Shown piece by piece: positions 9,266 through 18,157 of a stretch of 64,000 bases of DNA; the stretch's first letter is position 1; each line of letters begins with the position of its first letter. The notes under the pieces were generated by a model. That model saw nothing but the letters and a program-made list of their open reading frames with translations, ran no database searches and was not told the DNA's origin. Source of the stretch: Sulfurovaceae bacterium (GTDB taxonomy: Bacteria; Campylobacterota; Campylobacteria; Campylobacterales; Sulfurovaceae). The position numbers were made by a program, and so were the translations under genes. The stretch covers positions 105 through 64,104 of the forward strand of contig JADGDQ010000006.1 of the NCBI GenBank assembly GCA_016744805.1, given 5' to 3'.

Positions 9266-9932
9266 CCACTATCCTACCATCTTCCATCTTAATGAGTCTA
9301 CTTTCAAAAGGTAATGTATCAAAGATTGGGTCATGGGTGGCTACTATGATGGTTTTTCCTAGGGCTTTTAGAGTAGAAAGGATTTCTATAAATTTAAGGG
9401 AATTTGCTTTGTCTAGGTTGGCTGTGGGTTCGTCACAGATAATAAGTTTGGGGTCTGTTACCAAGGCTCTTGCTATGGCACATCGCTGTTTTTCTCCGCC
9501 TGAGAGTTCTCGTATGGTTTGGGATGCTTTGTGTGCTATTCCTGCTCTTTGCATACTCTCTTGGGCTTGTTTTTTGATAGTAATTATATCTAATCTGCTA
9601 GGAATAAGAGGGGCTATAATATTCTCTTCTACACTAAGGGCTTCTAGGAGATTGAAGTGTTGGAAGATAAAACCGATGCTTTTGGCTCGATAGTGTGAGG
9701 CATGGAGGTCTGGGAGTTTGCTAATAAGCTCTCCATCCACTACAATCTTGCCTGAACTTGGTTTGTCCAGAGAGGCAATAAGTGAGAGCAGTGTAGATTT
9801 GCCACTTCCACTTACACCAGAGAGGATAATCGCCTCATTTTTGGCAATATGTAGAGTAATACTTTTAAGAGCCTCAAAAGGCTCACTGCTCTTTTCATTA
9901 AATATTTTATGAATATTTTCTATCTCTATCAT
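9258..9932 (-). CDS. ABC transporter ATP-binding protein (MacB/LolD/FtsE-like)
   Basis: Motifs are Walker A GVSGSGKST, signature LSGGEKQR, Walker B LIICDEPT and H-loop ATHD. I place the start at the ATG at 9932 (MIEIENIHKIF), which forms an ATGA overlap with the permease stop. The track start at 9971 is probably too long. Confidence 0.88.
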   Translation of the reverse strand: MIEIENIHKIFNEKSSEPFEALKSITLHIAKNEAIILSGVSGSGKSTLLSLIASLDKPSSGKIVVDGELISKLPDLHASHYRAKSIGFIFQHFNLLEALSVEENIIAPLIPSRLDIITIKKQAQESMQRAGIAHKASQTIRELSGGEKQRCAIARALVTDPKLIICDEPTANLDKANSLKFIEILSTLKALGKTIIVATHDPIFDTLPFESRLIKMEDGRIVDE

Positions 9933-11107
9933 AGCATCGCCTCTTTGGGTGGGGTTACTGCTATTTTCCATACCGGAATCAAAACAGAAGCAAAAAAGGG
10001 GAGTGCAAAAAACAAAAAGAGAGACCCCAAGATACCAAACTCTATAGTAGGCACAAAGACGACACTATTGGCAAGATTCTCTCCACCCAAAAATATCTCT
10101 TGCAAGAGAGGAGCATCGAAGATAAAGACAAAAATATATGCTAAAACAACACCCAAAATAAAGGAGCTAATAACTATTACTAGGGTCTCATAGAATTTGA
10201 GTTTTAAAATATCTTGAATACTCCAGCCAATGGCTCTTAGAATACCTATCTCTTTTTTTTCGGCTGAATAGACCATAGAGTATCGTTGGTAGAGGATAAG
10301 CATAAAAGTAATAATTGTAATAAGATACAAAATCAAAAAGAGTCCCCCTTTGTAGTTGTAGAGGCTCTTGTAGGCTTTGGAAATCTCTCGTTTGTCTATC
10401 ACCTGTGCATCATAAAAGAGAAGATGTAACTTACCCACAATAGTATCCCACTCTGCATCATTGGGGACATTGAGGGCTATATCTGTAATAGACTCCTCCT
10501 CCATAGCAAAAATCTCTTTGGCTAACTCTAGGGGCATTACTATCATATCATTGGCTATAAGGTTGGTACTGCTTGGGAGCTGTTGGGCTATAGCTACTTT
10601 TTTGAAGCTTCCATTAGGGAGTTTAAAAGAGAAGCTATCACTATAGTAGTGTGCGGACATAAACTTTTGTACTCCCTCACCCACTAGCATACTTGGCATT
10701 GCAAAAAAGCTTTTTAAATCTGTTGTTTCCATCAGCTCTTGCAAAGAACGGTTACTCTGCTCATCAAAAAAATCTACCCCAACAATCAAAAAAGAGTTCT
10801 CATTGGGAGCAAAAAAATAACGCCCATAGACTCTAGGAGTCACGGCACTTACGCCATCTATCTGCACTATTTTCTCTATCCACTCGGTGGGTGTATCTAC
10901 GGCTCTTCCTGCTTGGAGACGACTTATAGTAAAATCAGGTTGGTTTTGCAGTGTGGCTTGGAGACTCTTTTGCAAAGAAGAGGAGATAAAAAGCACACTA
11001 CTTAACAAAAATATAATAATCACAGAGATAAAAATAGCTCCAATATGTTTGTTTTTTTGTTTGAAAAGAAGCAGACTCAAAAAGTGAAAAAAGGCATTAT
11101 TGTGCAT
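9929..11107 (-). CDS. ABC transporter permease, FtsX/MacB-type with periplasmic domain
   Basis: The layout is one N-terminal TM, a periplasmic domain of about 220 aa and a C-terminal FtsX 3-TM bundle (EIGILRAIGWS motif). I place the start at MHNNAFFHF (11107) rather than the track start at 11200. Confidence 0.8.
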   Translation of the reverse strand: MHNNAFFHFLSLLLFKQKNKHIGAIFISVIIIFLLSSVLFISSSLQKSLQATLQNQPDFTISRLQAGRAVDTPTEWIEKIVQIDGVSAVTPRVYGRYFFAPNENSFLIVGVDFFDEQSNRSLQELMETTDLKSFFAMPSMLVGEGVQKFMSAHYYSDSFSFKLPNGSFKKVAIAQQLPSSTNLIANDMIVMPLELAKEIFAMEEESITDIALNVPNDAEWDTIVGKLHLLFYDAQVIDKREISKAYKSLYNYKGGLFLILYLITIITFMLILYQRYSMVYSAEKKEIGILRAIGWSIQDILKLKFYETLVIVISSFILGVVLAYIFVFIFDAPLLQEIFLGGENLANSVVFVPTIEFGILGSLFLFFALPFFASVLIPVWKIAVTPPKEAML

Positions 11108-11360
11108 AGATAAAACCTCTCTTATTGAGGCTAGGCATAGAGGGGTATGAGGGGTGCATAGCATTGCCTGAGGGGAGTCTAGGCTCATAGAACGCCACAC
11201 TCAAAGAGGGTGATGAAAAAGTCGTAAGCCTAGAGAGTGTTTGGATATTTTGCTCTTTGGGTGTAGAGTAGAGCAGATAATGCACCGCCAAACCACATAC
11301 AAGCAGACCCAAAAACACAAACCCCACTATAAGCTCTCTACTCACTCTCCAACCCATCAA
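11097..11360 (-). CDS. Small single-pass membrane protein (hypothetical)
   Basis: This 87-aa ORF fills the gap between the NosL-like gene and the permease. It has one clear TM helix (LIVGFVFLGLLVCGLAVHYLL) and overlaps both neighbours. No family is recognised. Confidence 0.45.
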   Translation of the reverse strand: MMGWRVSRELIVGFVFLGLLVCGLAVHYLLYSTPKEQNIQTLSRLTTFSSPSLSVAFYEPRLPSGNAMHPSYPSMPSLNKRGFIYAQ

Positions 11361-12015
11361 GTCTCATAATCATAGCATCGGTAATCTTATCAAACTTCAT
11401 AATGCCTCTGCTTGAGTGGTCTGCCTCAAATGCTTTGGCACTTTTGAGTGACTTAAAAGGGATAAGCTCACGCCCCATAGGACCAAAAATAGTAGAGTCA
11501 TTGACATAAAAAGCCTCTTTTGCATCTATAGCCTCTAGGGTATAGTAGTCTGTGACCATTATCTGCGTAATTGCCTTGCGGTCATAGATAAAGTCCCCAT
11601 CAAAAATATAATACTTCATCATATCTTTGACCCCATCAAAGTAGAGTGTTTTATTGTTATAAGTCATACTTGCTCCCCATTTGGGGTATTTGCTTACAAA
11701 CATCCCACAGACAGGACACTTCGCACCTTGGGGGACTTGCAGATGATTTGTATTTTGTTGCATACTCCCATTACTTATATAATAGGCAACTGCTTCTAAC
11801 TTAGCCTTAGACAAAGCAGAACAGGCTTGGGAGTTTTGAATCTTTTGGACAAGTTGCTCTATAGTACCTACAGCAGAAGGCAACTTCTCTTTAGTACAAA
11901 GAGCCTTGGCTATCTTCTCCCCTTTGTTAGAGAGTTTAATAATATTATGAAGAGTTGCTTCATTAGAAAAGAGTAGAGTTATTGAAAGAATAAGAACTAG
12001 AATAATTTTGTGCAT
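11338..12015 (-). CDS. Periplasmic NosL-like protein
   Basis: There is a signal peptide. GAKCPVCGMFVSKYPKW...LYFDGVKDMMKY resembles the NosL family (CxxCGM). Confidence 0.6.
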   Translation of the reverse strand: MHKIILVLILSITLLFSNEATLHNIIKLSNKGEKIAKALCTKEKLPSAVGTIEQLVQKIQNSQACSALSKAKLEAVAYYISNGSMQQNTNHLQVPQGAKCPVCGMFVSKYPKWGASMTYNNKTLYFDGVKDMMKYYIFDGDFIYDRKAITQIMVTDYYTLEAIDAKEAFYVNDSTIFGPMGRELIPFKSLKSAKAFEADHSSRGIMKFDKITDAMIMRLDGLESE

Positions 12016-12081
12016 ACGGTTATCTCCTATATGTAGAGTATCTTCATTGTACTGTAAAAATAGTAAAAGTTATAATGAGTA

Positions 12082-12498
12082 TCACTTTTCACTCAAATGT
12101 TTAATCGTTTTTTTAACTATCATACAATCTTTATGAGAGTTTTCTAGTTTACTATGGAGCCATTGCAGATACTCCATGGGGATTTCTGTCCATTTTGTGC
12201 CTTTGTATCTGCCAAAGCTTATGCGTTGTCTGTGCGGTGGGAGGTCGTCCATAAATGATTGTATGATGGTTTTGGTTATCTCTATAGGGAGTTCTTTGGC
12301 ATCAAATACTTTTTGGGCATAGGCTTCATCCCATTTTTTTTTGAGATAAAAGTATTTGGATTTATATTTGAGTCCGCCTCCTCTTTGTTTTGCAAAATCA
12401 TCTAAGGCTATAATAGTTTTGGCATCAAGTTCTTGAAAATTAAGAATATCAAAAAGGGTTTCATAGTCTGTGGTCTCTATAGATACTTTAATAATCAT
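12082..12498 (-). CDS. Hypothetical protein with a DUF3820-like C-terminal motif
   Basis: This is a 138-aa ORF that overlaps the miaA stop by 11 nt. The C-terminal ISFGRYKGTKWTEIPMEYLQWL resembles the DUF3820/ExoX-C-like motif, as I recall it. Confidence 0.5.
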   Translation of the reverse strand: MIIKVSIETTDYETLFDILNFQELDAKTIIALDDFAKQRGGGLKYKSKYFYLKKKWDEAYAQKVFDAKELPIEITKTIIQSFMDDLPPHRQRISFGRYKGTKWTEIPMEYLQWLHSKLENSHKDCMIVKKTIKHLSEK

Positions 12499-13414
12499 TT
12501 AAAATCTTCTCTTTTAGCTCTTCTAACCCTAAGAATACTACATTTTTAAACTGTGATTTATTAAATGTATTTTGTCTTTTGGCTAATCGTGCTGTATTGG
12601 TGATAATTTTTTCTATAAATCTTGTTTTGTCTACTCTGCCATCAAAATACTCTAATGTCTCTTTGATACCTATAGATTTCATAGCATTTGGTTGGCGAGT
12701 ATATTTGTACTCTAATCTAGCAACCTCATCAATCAATCCACTCTCTACCATACTATGGGTTCTTTTGATAATTCGTTGACGCAATATATCTCTAGGGGTC
12801 TCAATAGCATACAGAGGCATATCTCCAATAATAGTTGGCTTTGGAGGATTGGCTTTGAAATATACAGAGGGGATAGTATCTGTAGCAAGATAGATACTCA
12901 GAGCTTTTTCTATGCGATAAGTATCATTAGATTTGATACTACTCATATATGCTTCATCTAAAGCAAAGAGTCTTTTATAGACCTCTTGGGGATAAAGCAT
13001 TTGGCAAGATAGCTCTTGTTGGAGTGCTTTGTTGCGTCGTGGAAGTAGAGAGATACCATCTATCATACTCTTTAGATAAAAGCTACTCCCACCTACTACT
13101 ATAAGCATTTTATTCTCTTTGGTGGCTTGTGCGTATACCTCTTGATAGAGCTTCATAAAGAGTGTTACATCAAAGGGTTCATCAGCAGAGATGAGGTCTA
13201 TACCATAATGAATAACTCCCTCTCTCTCGTTTAGAGTAGGCTTAGCAGATACTATATCTATCTCTTTATAGAGAGCCAAAGAGTCCAAAGAGAGGATAAC
13301 CCCATCTAATCTCTTTGCAATATCCACAGCCAAAGCACTTTTACCCGAAGCTGTAGAACCAATAATAGCAAGTTGTTTTGGTTTATTAGTTAAATTATTC
13401 ATATCCGTAATCAT
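12488..13414 (-). CDS. miaA: tRNA dimethylallyltransferase
   Basis: The P-loop IIGSTASGKSALA, the SLALYKEIDIVSAKP motif and the overall sequence are typical of MiaA. An alternative ATG lies at 13402. Confidence 0.9.
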   Translation of the reverse strand: MITDMNNLTNKPKQLAIIGSTASGKSALAVDIAKRLDGVILSLDSLALYKEIDIVSAKPTLNEREGVIHYGIDLISADEPFDVTLFMKLYQEVYAQATKENKMLIVVGGSSFYLKSMIDGISLLPRRNKALQQELSCQMLYPQEVYKRLFALDEAYMSSIKSNDTYRIEKALSIYLATDTIPSVYFKANPPKPTIIGDMPLYAIETPRDILRQRIIKRTHSMVESGLIDEVARLEYKYTRQPNAMKSIGIKETLEYFDGRVDKTRFIEKIITNTARLAKRQNTFNKSQFKNVVFLGLEELKEKILNDY

Positions 13415-13458
13415 AACTAAATATAGGTAAAATACCGTAAATTATTTATGGAGTACTT

Positions 13459-14016
13459 ATGGGACTATTTGATAAGAATAATCGTTTTAATATGGCAAAC
13501 CTTATTTCATTTGGAAATATTGCCTCAGGTTTAATGGCTATCTATTTTATTGTAGAAGGGAACTTCTTTGTGGCTATTATTTTGGCTTGGATTGCAGGAG
13601 GCTTAGATATAGCCGATGGAAAAGTAGCAAGAAAGTATAATCTCTCTACAGAGTTTGGTGTTCAGCTTGATAGTTTTGCCGATTTTTTATCTTTTGTGAT
13701 TATGCCCTCTTTTTTACTTTTTTATGCTCTGCGTGGCAGTGGATTGGAGACAGCAGGAGAGATTATATTAGGACTTATTTTTATTGTTTATGTAATTAGT
13801 GGATTGCGTAGACTTATAGAGTTTAATCTCAAAGTAGATGCAGGAGAGGTAGCCAAATATTTTGAGGGCGTTCCTACACCACTAGGAGCAATACTTTTAT
13901 GGATTTTATATCTGCTCTTTAGCTATAGTATTATTGCCAACCCTTATGTTATTGGTTTTTTGGTTTTGATTATCTCTTGGTCACTCAATAGCAAACTCCG
14001 TATTCCTCACCCATAA
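13459..14016 (+). CDS. pssA: CDP-alcohol phosphatidyltransferase, probable phosphatidylserine synthase
   Basis: DIADGKVARKYNLSTEFGVQLDSFADFLSF matches the D-G-x2-A-R-x8-G-x3-D-x3-D motif. The protein is a small polytopic membrane protein. Confidence 0.7.
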   Translation: MGLFDKNNRFNMANLISFGNIASGLMAIYFIVEGNFFVAIILAWIAGGLDIADGKVARKYNLSTEFGVQLDSFADFLSFVIMPSFLLFYALRGSGLETAGEIILGLIFIVYVISGLRRLIEFNLKVDAGEVAKYFEGVPTPLGAILLWILYLLFSYSIIANPYVIGFLVLIISWSLNSKLRIPHP

Positions 14017-14873
14017 TGAGAGAGACTATACGCACAAAACTCGCCAACTTCTCGGAGTTAGTGATGTTTCAACACTCTATTTTCTCTCTGCCTTTTATCT
14101 TTATTGCTATGGTTGTAGCCAAAGATGGATGGTTTGGATGGAAACTGTTCTTTTTGGGTCTTGTTGCTGCTGTGAGTGCTAGAAACTTTGCTATGGGTGT
14201 CAACCGTTATCTTGATAGAGATATAGATGCGCTTAACCCTAGAACCAAAAACCGCCCCTCTGTAGATGGAAGAGTCAGTAATAGTGGAATGATAATTTTT
14301 ATTCTTTTAAACGCTCTTATTTTTATTGCTATTGCTTTTTTGATTAATGATTTGGCATTTAAGCTCTCTGTACCTATACTTATGGTTCTTGGGGCATATA
14401 CAATTTTTAAGAGATTTAGTGCCTTAGCTCATATTATTTTGGGAGTAAGTCTAGGATTAGCACCTATAGCAGGTGTTGTAGCTGTCTTGAATGATATTAC
14501 CCTCTGGTCACTCTATTTGGCTCTTGGTGTAATGTTTTGGGTAGCAGGGTTTGACTTGCTCTATTCACTTCAAGATATGGAATTTGACAAAGCCAATAAT
14601 CTCCACTCTATCCCTTCTAAATATGGGGCAAAAAAAACTATGCTTATTGCAAGAGTCTTTCATCTTTTGACACTTATCTTTTGGTCTGCCTTTATTATTT
14701 TGGCTTTTTTAAATATATGGGGAGTAGTTGCTATTATAGCTAGTGCCATTATGCTAGGATATGAACATTACTTAGTCTCCAAAGACTTTAGCAAAATAGA
14801 CAAAGCCTTTTTTACTGTAAATGGCTATTTAGGATTTATATTTTTGATACTTATTATTATTGGAGTTTTATAA
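14016..14873 (+). CDS. UbiA-family aromatic prenyltransferase (MqnP/4-hydroxybenzoate polyprenyltransferase-like)
   Basis: It has the NRYLDRDIDALNPRTKNRP and DMEFD Asp-rich motifs and about 8 TM helices. A TAATG overlap couples it to pssA. Confidence 0.8.
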   Translation: MRETIRTKLANFSELVMFQHSIFSLPFIFIAMVVAKDGWFGWKLFFLGLVAAVSARNFAMGVNRYLDRDIDALNPRTKNRPSVDGRVSNSGMIIFILLNALIFIAIAFLINDLAFKLSVPILMVLGAYTIFKRFSALAHIILGVSLGLAPIAGVVAVLNDITLWSLYLALGVMFWVAGFDLLYSLQDMEFDKANNLHSIPSKYGAKKTMLIARVFHLLTLIFWSAFIILAFLNIWGVVAIIASAIMLGYEHYLVSKDFSKIDKAFFTVNGYLGFIFLILIIIGVL

Positions 14874-14898
14874 TTAGCATAATTAAAGGAAAGTTAGA

Positions 14899-14904
14899 TA
14901 TAAT
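14899..14904 (+). promoter_or_regulatory. Candidate -10 box (TATAAT) for the tRNA-Arg gene
   Basis: An exact TATAAT ends 19 nt upstream of the mature tRNA 5' end. It is embedded in an AGGAAAG...CTTTCCT inverted repeat that could also terminate the UbiA-family gene. Confidence 0.35.
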
Positions 14905-14923
14905 TCTTTCCTACAAAATATGT

Positions 14924-15000
14924 GCGCTCATGGCTCAGCTGGATAGAGCATCGGTTTGCGGTACCGAAGGTCTCAGGTTCGAATCCTGATGGGCGTACCA
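14924..15000 (+). tRNA. tRNA-Arg, encoded anticodon GCG
   Basis: I folded the cloverleaf by hand. Acceptor is GCGCTCA/TGGGCGT, D-stem GCTC/GAGC with G18G19A20, anticodon stem TCGGT/ACCGA with loop TTGCGGT, T-arm TCAGG-TTCGAAT-CCTGA, discriminator A, and an encoded CCA. Total length is 77 nt. Confidence 0.85.
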
Positions 15001-15007
15001 TTTAAAT

Positions 15008-15346
15008 TTATTTCTTCAACCCAAAACCTAAATCACACAGTATAATTTTAAGTTTTTCTTTTACTTCTCCTTGAAACTCCATACTATTTTCTTTGATAGT
15101 TCCACCTGTACCTAATAATTTTTTGATGCTTTTAAGTACTGTAGTTAACTCTTTTTTATCTAAATAAAAGGGTTTTACAATAGTTACTACTTTGCCTCTT
15201 CGTTTCTCTTTTGCAAAGTGTAGTTGGTGTTTGTTGGGTAATTTTATCTCGTTATTCTCTTTTTTTTTGGGTTTGGTTTTGTTGTCTGCACTCCATGCAT
15301 CATCAAAGTTTGCACCCATTTCAAATAAATTTTTTTTATTAGACAC
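15008..15346 (-). CDS. SUI1/eIF1-family translation initiation factor (YciH-like)
   Basis: The C-terminal KVVTIVKPFYLDKKELTTVLKSIKKLLGTGGTIKENSMEFQGEVKEKL matches the SUI1 domain pattern. The protein is 112 aa. Confidence 0.8.
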   Translation of the reverse strand: MSNKKNLFEMGANFDDAWSADNKTKPKKKENNEIKLPNKHQLHFAKEKRRGKVVTIVKPFYLDKKELTTVLKSIKKLLGTGGTIKENSMEFQGEVKEKLKIILCDLGFGLKK

Positions 15347-15355
15347 TTTTAGCCT

Positions 15356-15454
15356 TTAACTATAATCTGTATCAAAAATCATACCCAAAACAACCATTAA
15401 GACGAGTAAAAATACCATGATGTAATATAATTTTTCTTCGCTAATATTCTTCAT
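15356..15454 (-). CDS. Small hydrophobic peptide, 32 aa (hypothetical; not in the ORF track)
   Basis: My translation is MKNISEEKLYYIMVFLLVLMVVLGMIFDTDYS. A good RBS (AGGGGA) sits 6 nt upstream of the ATG, and the ORF ends 9 nt before the SUI1-family gene on the same strand. Confidence 0.4.
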   Translation of the reverse strand: MKNISEEKLYYIMVFLLVLMVVLGMIFDTDYS

Positions 15455-15491
15455 AATTTATCCCCTATAGTATTTGTGCTATAATCTTGCT

Positions 15492-16454
15492 ATGTTATTA
15501 CTTATTCTTAAAAAGTTTGCTTATATTCTTATTATGCTACTACTTATATCTATTATCTCATTTTCTATGATTCATATAGCTCCTAATAGTTTTTTTGCAT
15601 CAGGTGGATTAAACCCTAATATTACTCCTGAATCTATAGCACATCTCAAAGCAGTGTATGGGCTTGATAAACCTCTTGTTGTGCAGTATTTTATTTGGCT
15701 CAAAGCTCTGCTACAGCTTGATTTTGGTCTCTCTTTTGCTAGTGGGGGTAGGGTGATAGATGAGATTGGGTCTCGTATAGGTATTACACTACTTATGAAC
15801 TTTATAGCTATGATAGTTATATTTTTTATTGCTATTAGATTTGGTGTGCAGAGTGCTTTGCGAGGGGGAAAATATGATAATGGGTTCAAGCAATTAGCAC
15901 TTTTGAGCTACTCTATGCCATCTTTTTATCTAGCTATACTCTTGATACTCTTTTTTGCTCTGAAGCTCTCTTGGTTTCCTATTAGTGGTGTGGAGGGGTT
16001 TGAACCAAAAGAGGGTTTTGCACATCTGCTTGATATGGCATATCACTTGATACTTCCTATCTCTGTTATGATTTTTGTGGGGTTTGGGTCTCTTTTGCTT
16101 TATGTTCGCTCACTTACACTAGATATTTTAAAAAGTGATTATATATTCTTTGCCAAAGCCCAAGGAGCTTCACAAAAAACACTTAAAAAAGTCTATATCT
16201 ATCCTAATCTTAAACCTTTTATTATTACTATCTTAGGACTCTCTCTACCTGCACTTTTGGGTGGGAGTGTGATATTAGAGCAGATATTTTCTATTGATGG
16301 TATGGGATTGCTCTTTTATCAGAGTGCATTGAGCAGAGATTATCCTGTGATTATGGGGATTATGATTATAGGGGCATTTTTGACACTTCTTGGCAATGTT
16401 GTAGCAGATTTAATTCTTCTAAAGATAAATCCTCACTACAAAAGAGCTACTTAG
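15492..16454 (+). CDS. ABC transporter permease, OppB/DppB (peptide/nickel) family
   Basis: About 6 TM helices are visible, and the sequence has an EAA-like loop (FAKAQGASQKTLKKVYIYPNLKP). The N-terminus MLLLILKKFAYILIMLLL...APNSFF is typical of the family. I prefer the ATG at 15492 over the TTG at 15474. Confidence 0.8.
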   Translation: MLLLILKKFAYILIMLLLISIISFSMIHIAPNSFFASGGLNPNITPESIAHLKAVYGLDKPLVVQYFIWLKALLQLDFGLSFASGGRVIDEIGSRIGITLLMNFIAMIVIFFIAIRFGVQSALRGGKYDNGFKQLALLSYSMPSFYLAILLILFFALKLSWFPISGVEGFEPKEGFAHLLDMAYHLILPISVMIFVGFGSLLLYVRSLTLDILKSDYIFFAKAQGASQKTLKKVYIYPNLKPFIITILGLSLPALLGGSVILEQIFSIDGMGLLFYQSALSRDYPVIMGIMIIGAFLTLLGNVVADLILLKINPHYKRAT

Positions 16455-16459
16455 TAGCT

Positions 16460-18157
16460 CTATATTCTATCTACAACTTCTATTCCTAATATATCTAACC
16501 CTTGTTTTATAACTTTGGAGGTGAGAAGAGCAAGAGCTAAACGGCTCTGTTTTGTTGGCTCATCAATCTCCTCTTTGAGAATAGGATTTTGTTCGTAAAA
16601 ACGCATAAATAGTGTAGCTACTTCATAGAGATATGTTGTGATTTGATGGGGTGAGGCATCTTTGGATGCTCTAAGCAGTATATCCTCAAATCGTAAAAGT
16701 GCTATGCTTAGAGTATGTTCTATAGGTGTAGCAATAATAATTTCACTTCCTATCTCACCGTCATATTTTCTAAAAATACTCATAATCCTAGCATAAGCAT
16801 ACTGCTGATACAAAGATGTATTTCCCTCTAGGCTTAGCATCTTATCCCAATCAAAAATATAGTTAGATTCACGATTAATAGAGAGGTCTGCATATTTGAT
16901 TGCACCAATACCTATAGTTTTAGCCAAAGTATTGAGTTCTTCTTCTGAATGATTTTGTGGTTCTCTAATAGATTTTTTGGCTCGTATAACAGCCTCATCA
17001 AGAAGATTAATAAGTTTTACAGTTCCACCATCTCGTGTTTTAAAGGGTTTGCCCCCTTTGTCCATCATTGTACCAAAAGCTATATGCTCTAGGTTGGTAG
17101 ACTCTTTGACTAAGCCATTTTCTTTGGAGATACGGAATACTTGTTTGAAATGTTCGGCCTGTCTAGCATCTACTACATACACAACTCTATTGGCATCCAA
17201 TACTTCACTACGGTACCATAAGGAAGCAAGGTCTGTAGTAGCATAGAGGTAGCCACCATCACCTTTTTGAACAATTACAGGAGTCTCTTGCCCTTCTAGG
17301 AATACACACTTAGCCCCTTTACTCACTTGCAATGCACCACTCTCTTGGAGTTTGCTTACAACTTGTGGGAGTCTCTTGTTATAAAAGCTCTCTGCTCGTA
17401 CATCATCTCTAGTAAGTTTTACACTTAACTTCTCATAAACCTCTTCACAGTGTTGCAAAGATATATCTATAAAGTTTTGCCAGAGTCTTAGACAATGAGC
17501 ATCACCACTCTGTATTTTGACCACATAATCTCTAGCCTTCAATGCAAACTCTTCACTCTCGTCAAATCTTTTTTTGGCACTTTTATAGAACTCTTCTAGG
17601 TCTTTGAGATTTTCCATACTATTGACACTCTGTTCTTCAAGATAGGCTATAAGCATTCCAAACTGTGTACCCCAATCTCCAATATGGTTTTGACGCACAA
17701 CACTATCACCCAAAAAGCTAAATAGATTTGCTAAAGTATCACCAATAATAGTAGAACGAAGATGCCCTACATGCATCTCTTTTGCCATATTAGGTCCAGA
17801 GTAGTCTACAATGACTTCTTGGGGATTTGTGCTAATTTCTACACCTACTCTCTCTCCTTGAAGCATCTCTTCTACTCTTTTGGCTACCCATAAAGGATTG
17901 AGCCAAATATTAATAAACCCAGGCCCTGCAACTTCTACTTTGCTAATGGCATCAGTGGTATCTATAAGAGCCACAACATCCTCTGCTATCTCTCTAGGAT
18001 TTCGTCGCAGTGTTTTGGCAAGAGGCATAATTCCATTAAATTGGTAGTCTCCAAATTCAGGTTTTGTAGCTTCTGTAACAGAGACTTTATCTACCGTGAT
18101 AGAGGCTTGTTTGAGGGCTTGTGCAATAAGAGTATTTATATGTTCTTTTAGTTTCAT
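16460..18157 (-). CDS. argS: Arginine--tRNA ligase
   Basis: The class I HIGH variant (MHVGHLRS) is present, and the full 565-aa length resembles ArgS throughout. Confidence 0.95.
   Translation of the reverse strand: MKLKEHINTLIAQALKQASITVDKVSVTEATKPEFGDYQFNGIMPLAKTLRRNPREIAEDVVALIDTTDAISKVEVAGPGFINIWLNPLWVAKRVEEMLQGERVGVEISTNPQEVIVDYSGPNMAKEMHVGHLRSTIIGDTLANLFSFLGDSVVRQNHIGDWGTQFGMLIAYLEEQSVNSMENLKDLEEFYKSAKKRFDESEEFALKARDYVVKIQSGDAHCLRLWQNFIDISLQHCEEVYEKLSVKLTRDDVRAESFYNKRLPQVVSKLQESGALQVSKGAKCVFLEGQETPVIVQKGDGGYLYATTDLASLWYRSEVLDANRVVYVVDARQAEHFKQVFRISKENGLVKESTNLEHIAFGTMMDKGGKPFKTRDGGTVKLINLLDEAVIRAKKSIREPQNHSEEELNTLAKTIGIGAIKYADLSINRESNYIFDWDKMLSLEGNTSLYQQYAYARIMSIFRKYDGEIGSEIIIATPIEHTLSIALLRFEDILLRASKDASPHQITTYLYEVATLFMRFYEQNPILKEEIDEPTKQSRLALALLTSKVIKQGLDILGIEVVDRI

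Noticed and set aside
7785-12015. Labelling this cluster as a nitrous-oxide reductase (nos) accessory locus because of the NosL-like genes.
   Set aside because: No nosZ, nosD, nosF, nosY, nosG or nosH-like genes are in or next to the cluster, and the ABC transporter is FtsX/MacB-type rather than NosFY-type.
15477-15485. A TGcTATAAT extended -10-like sequence just upstream of the permease ATG (15492).
   Set aside because: It sits only 6-7 nt from the ATG, which would imply a leaderless mRNA. I cannot distinguish this from a chance match in AT-rich sequence.
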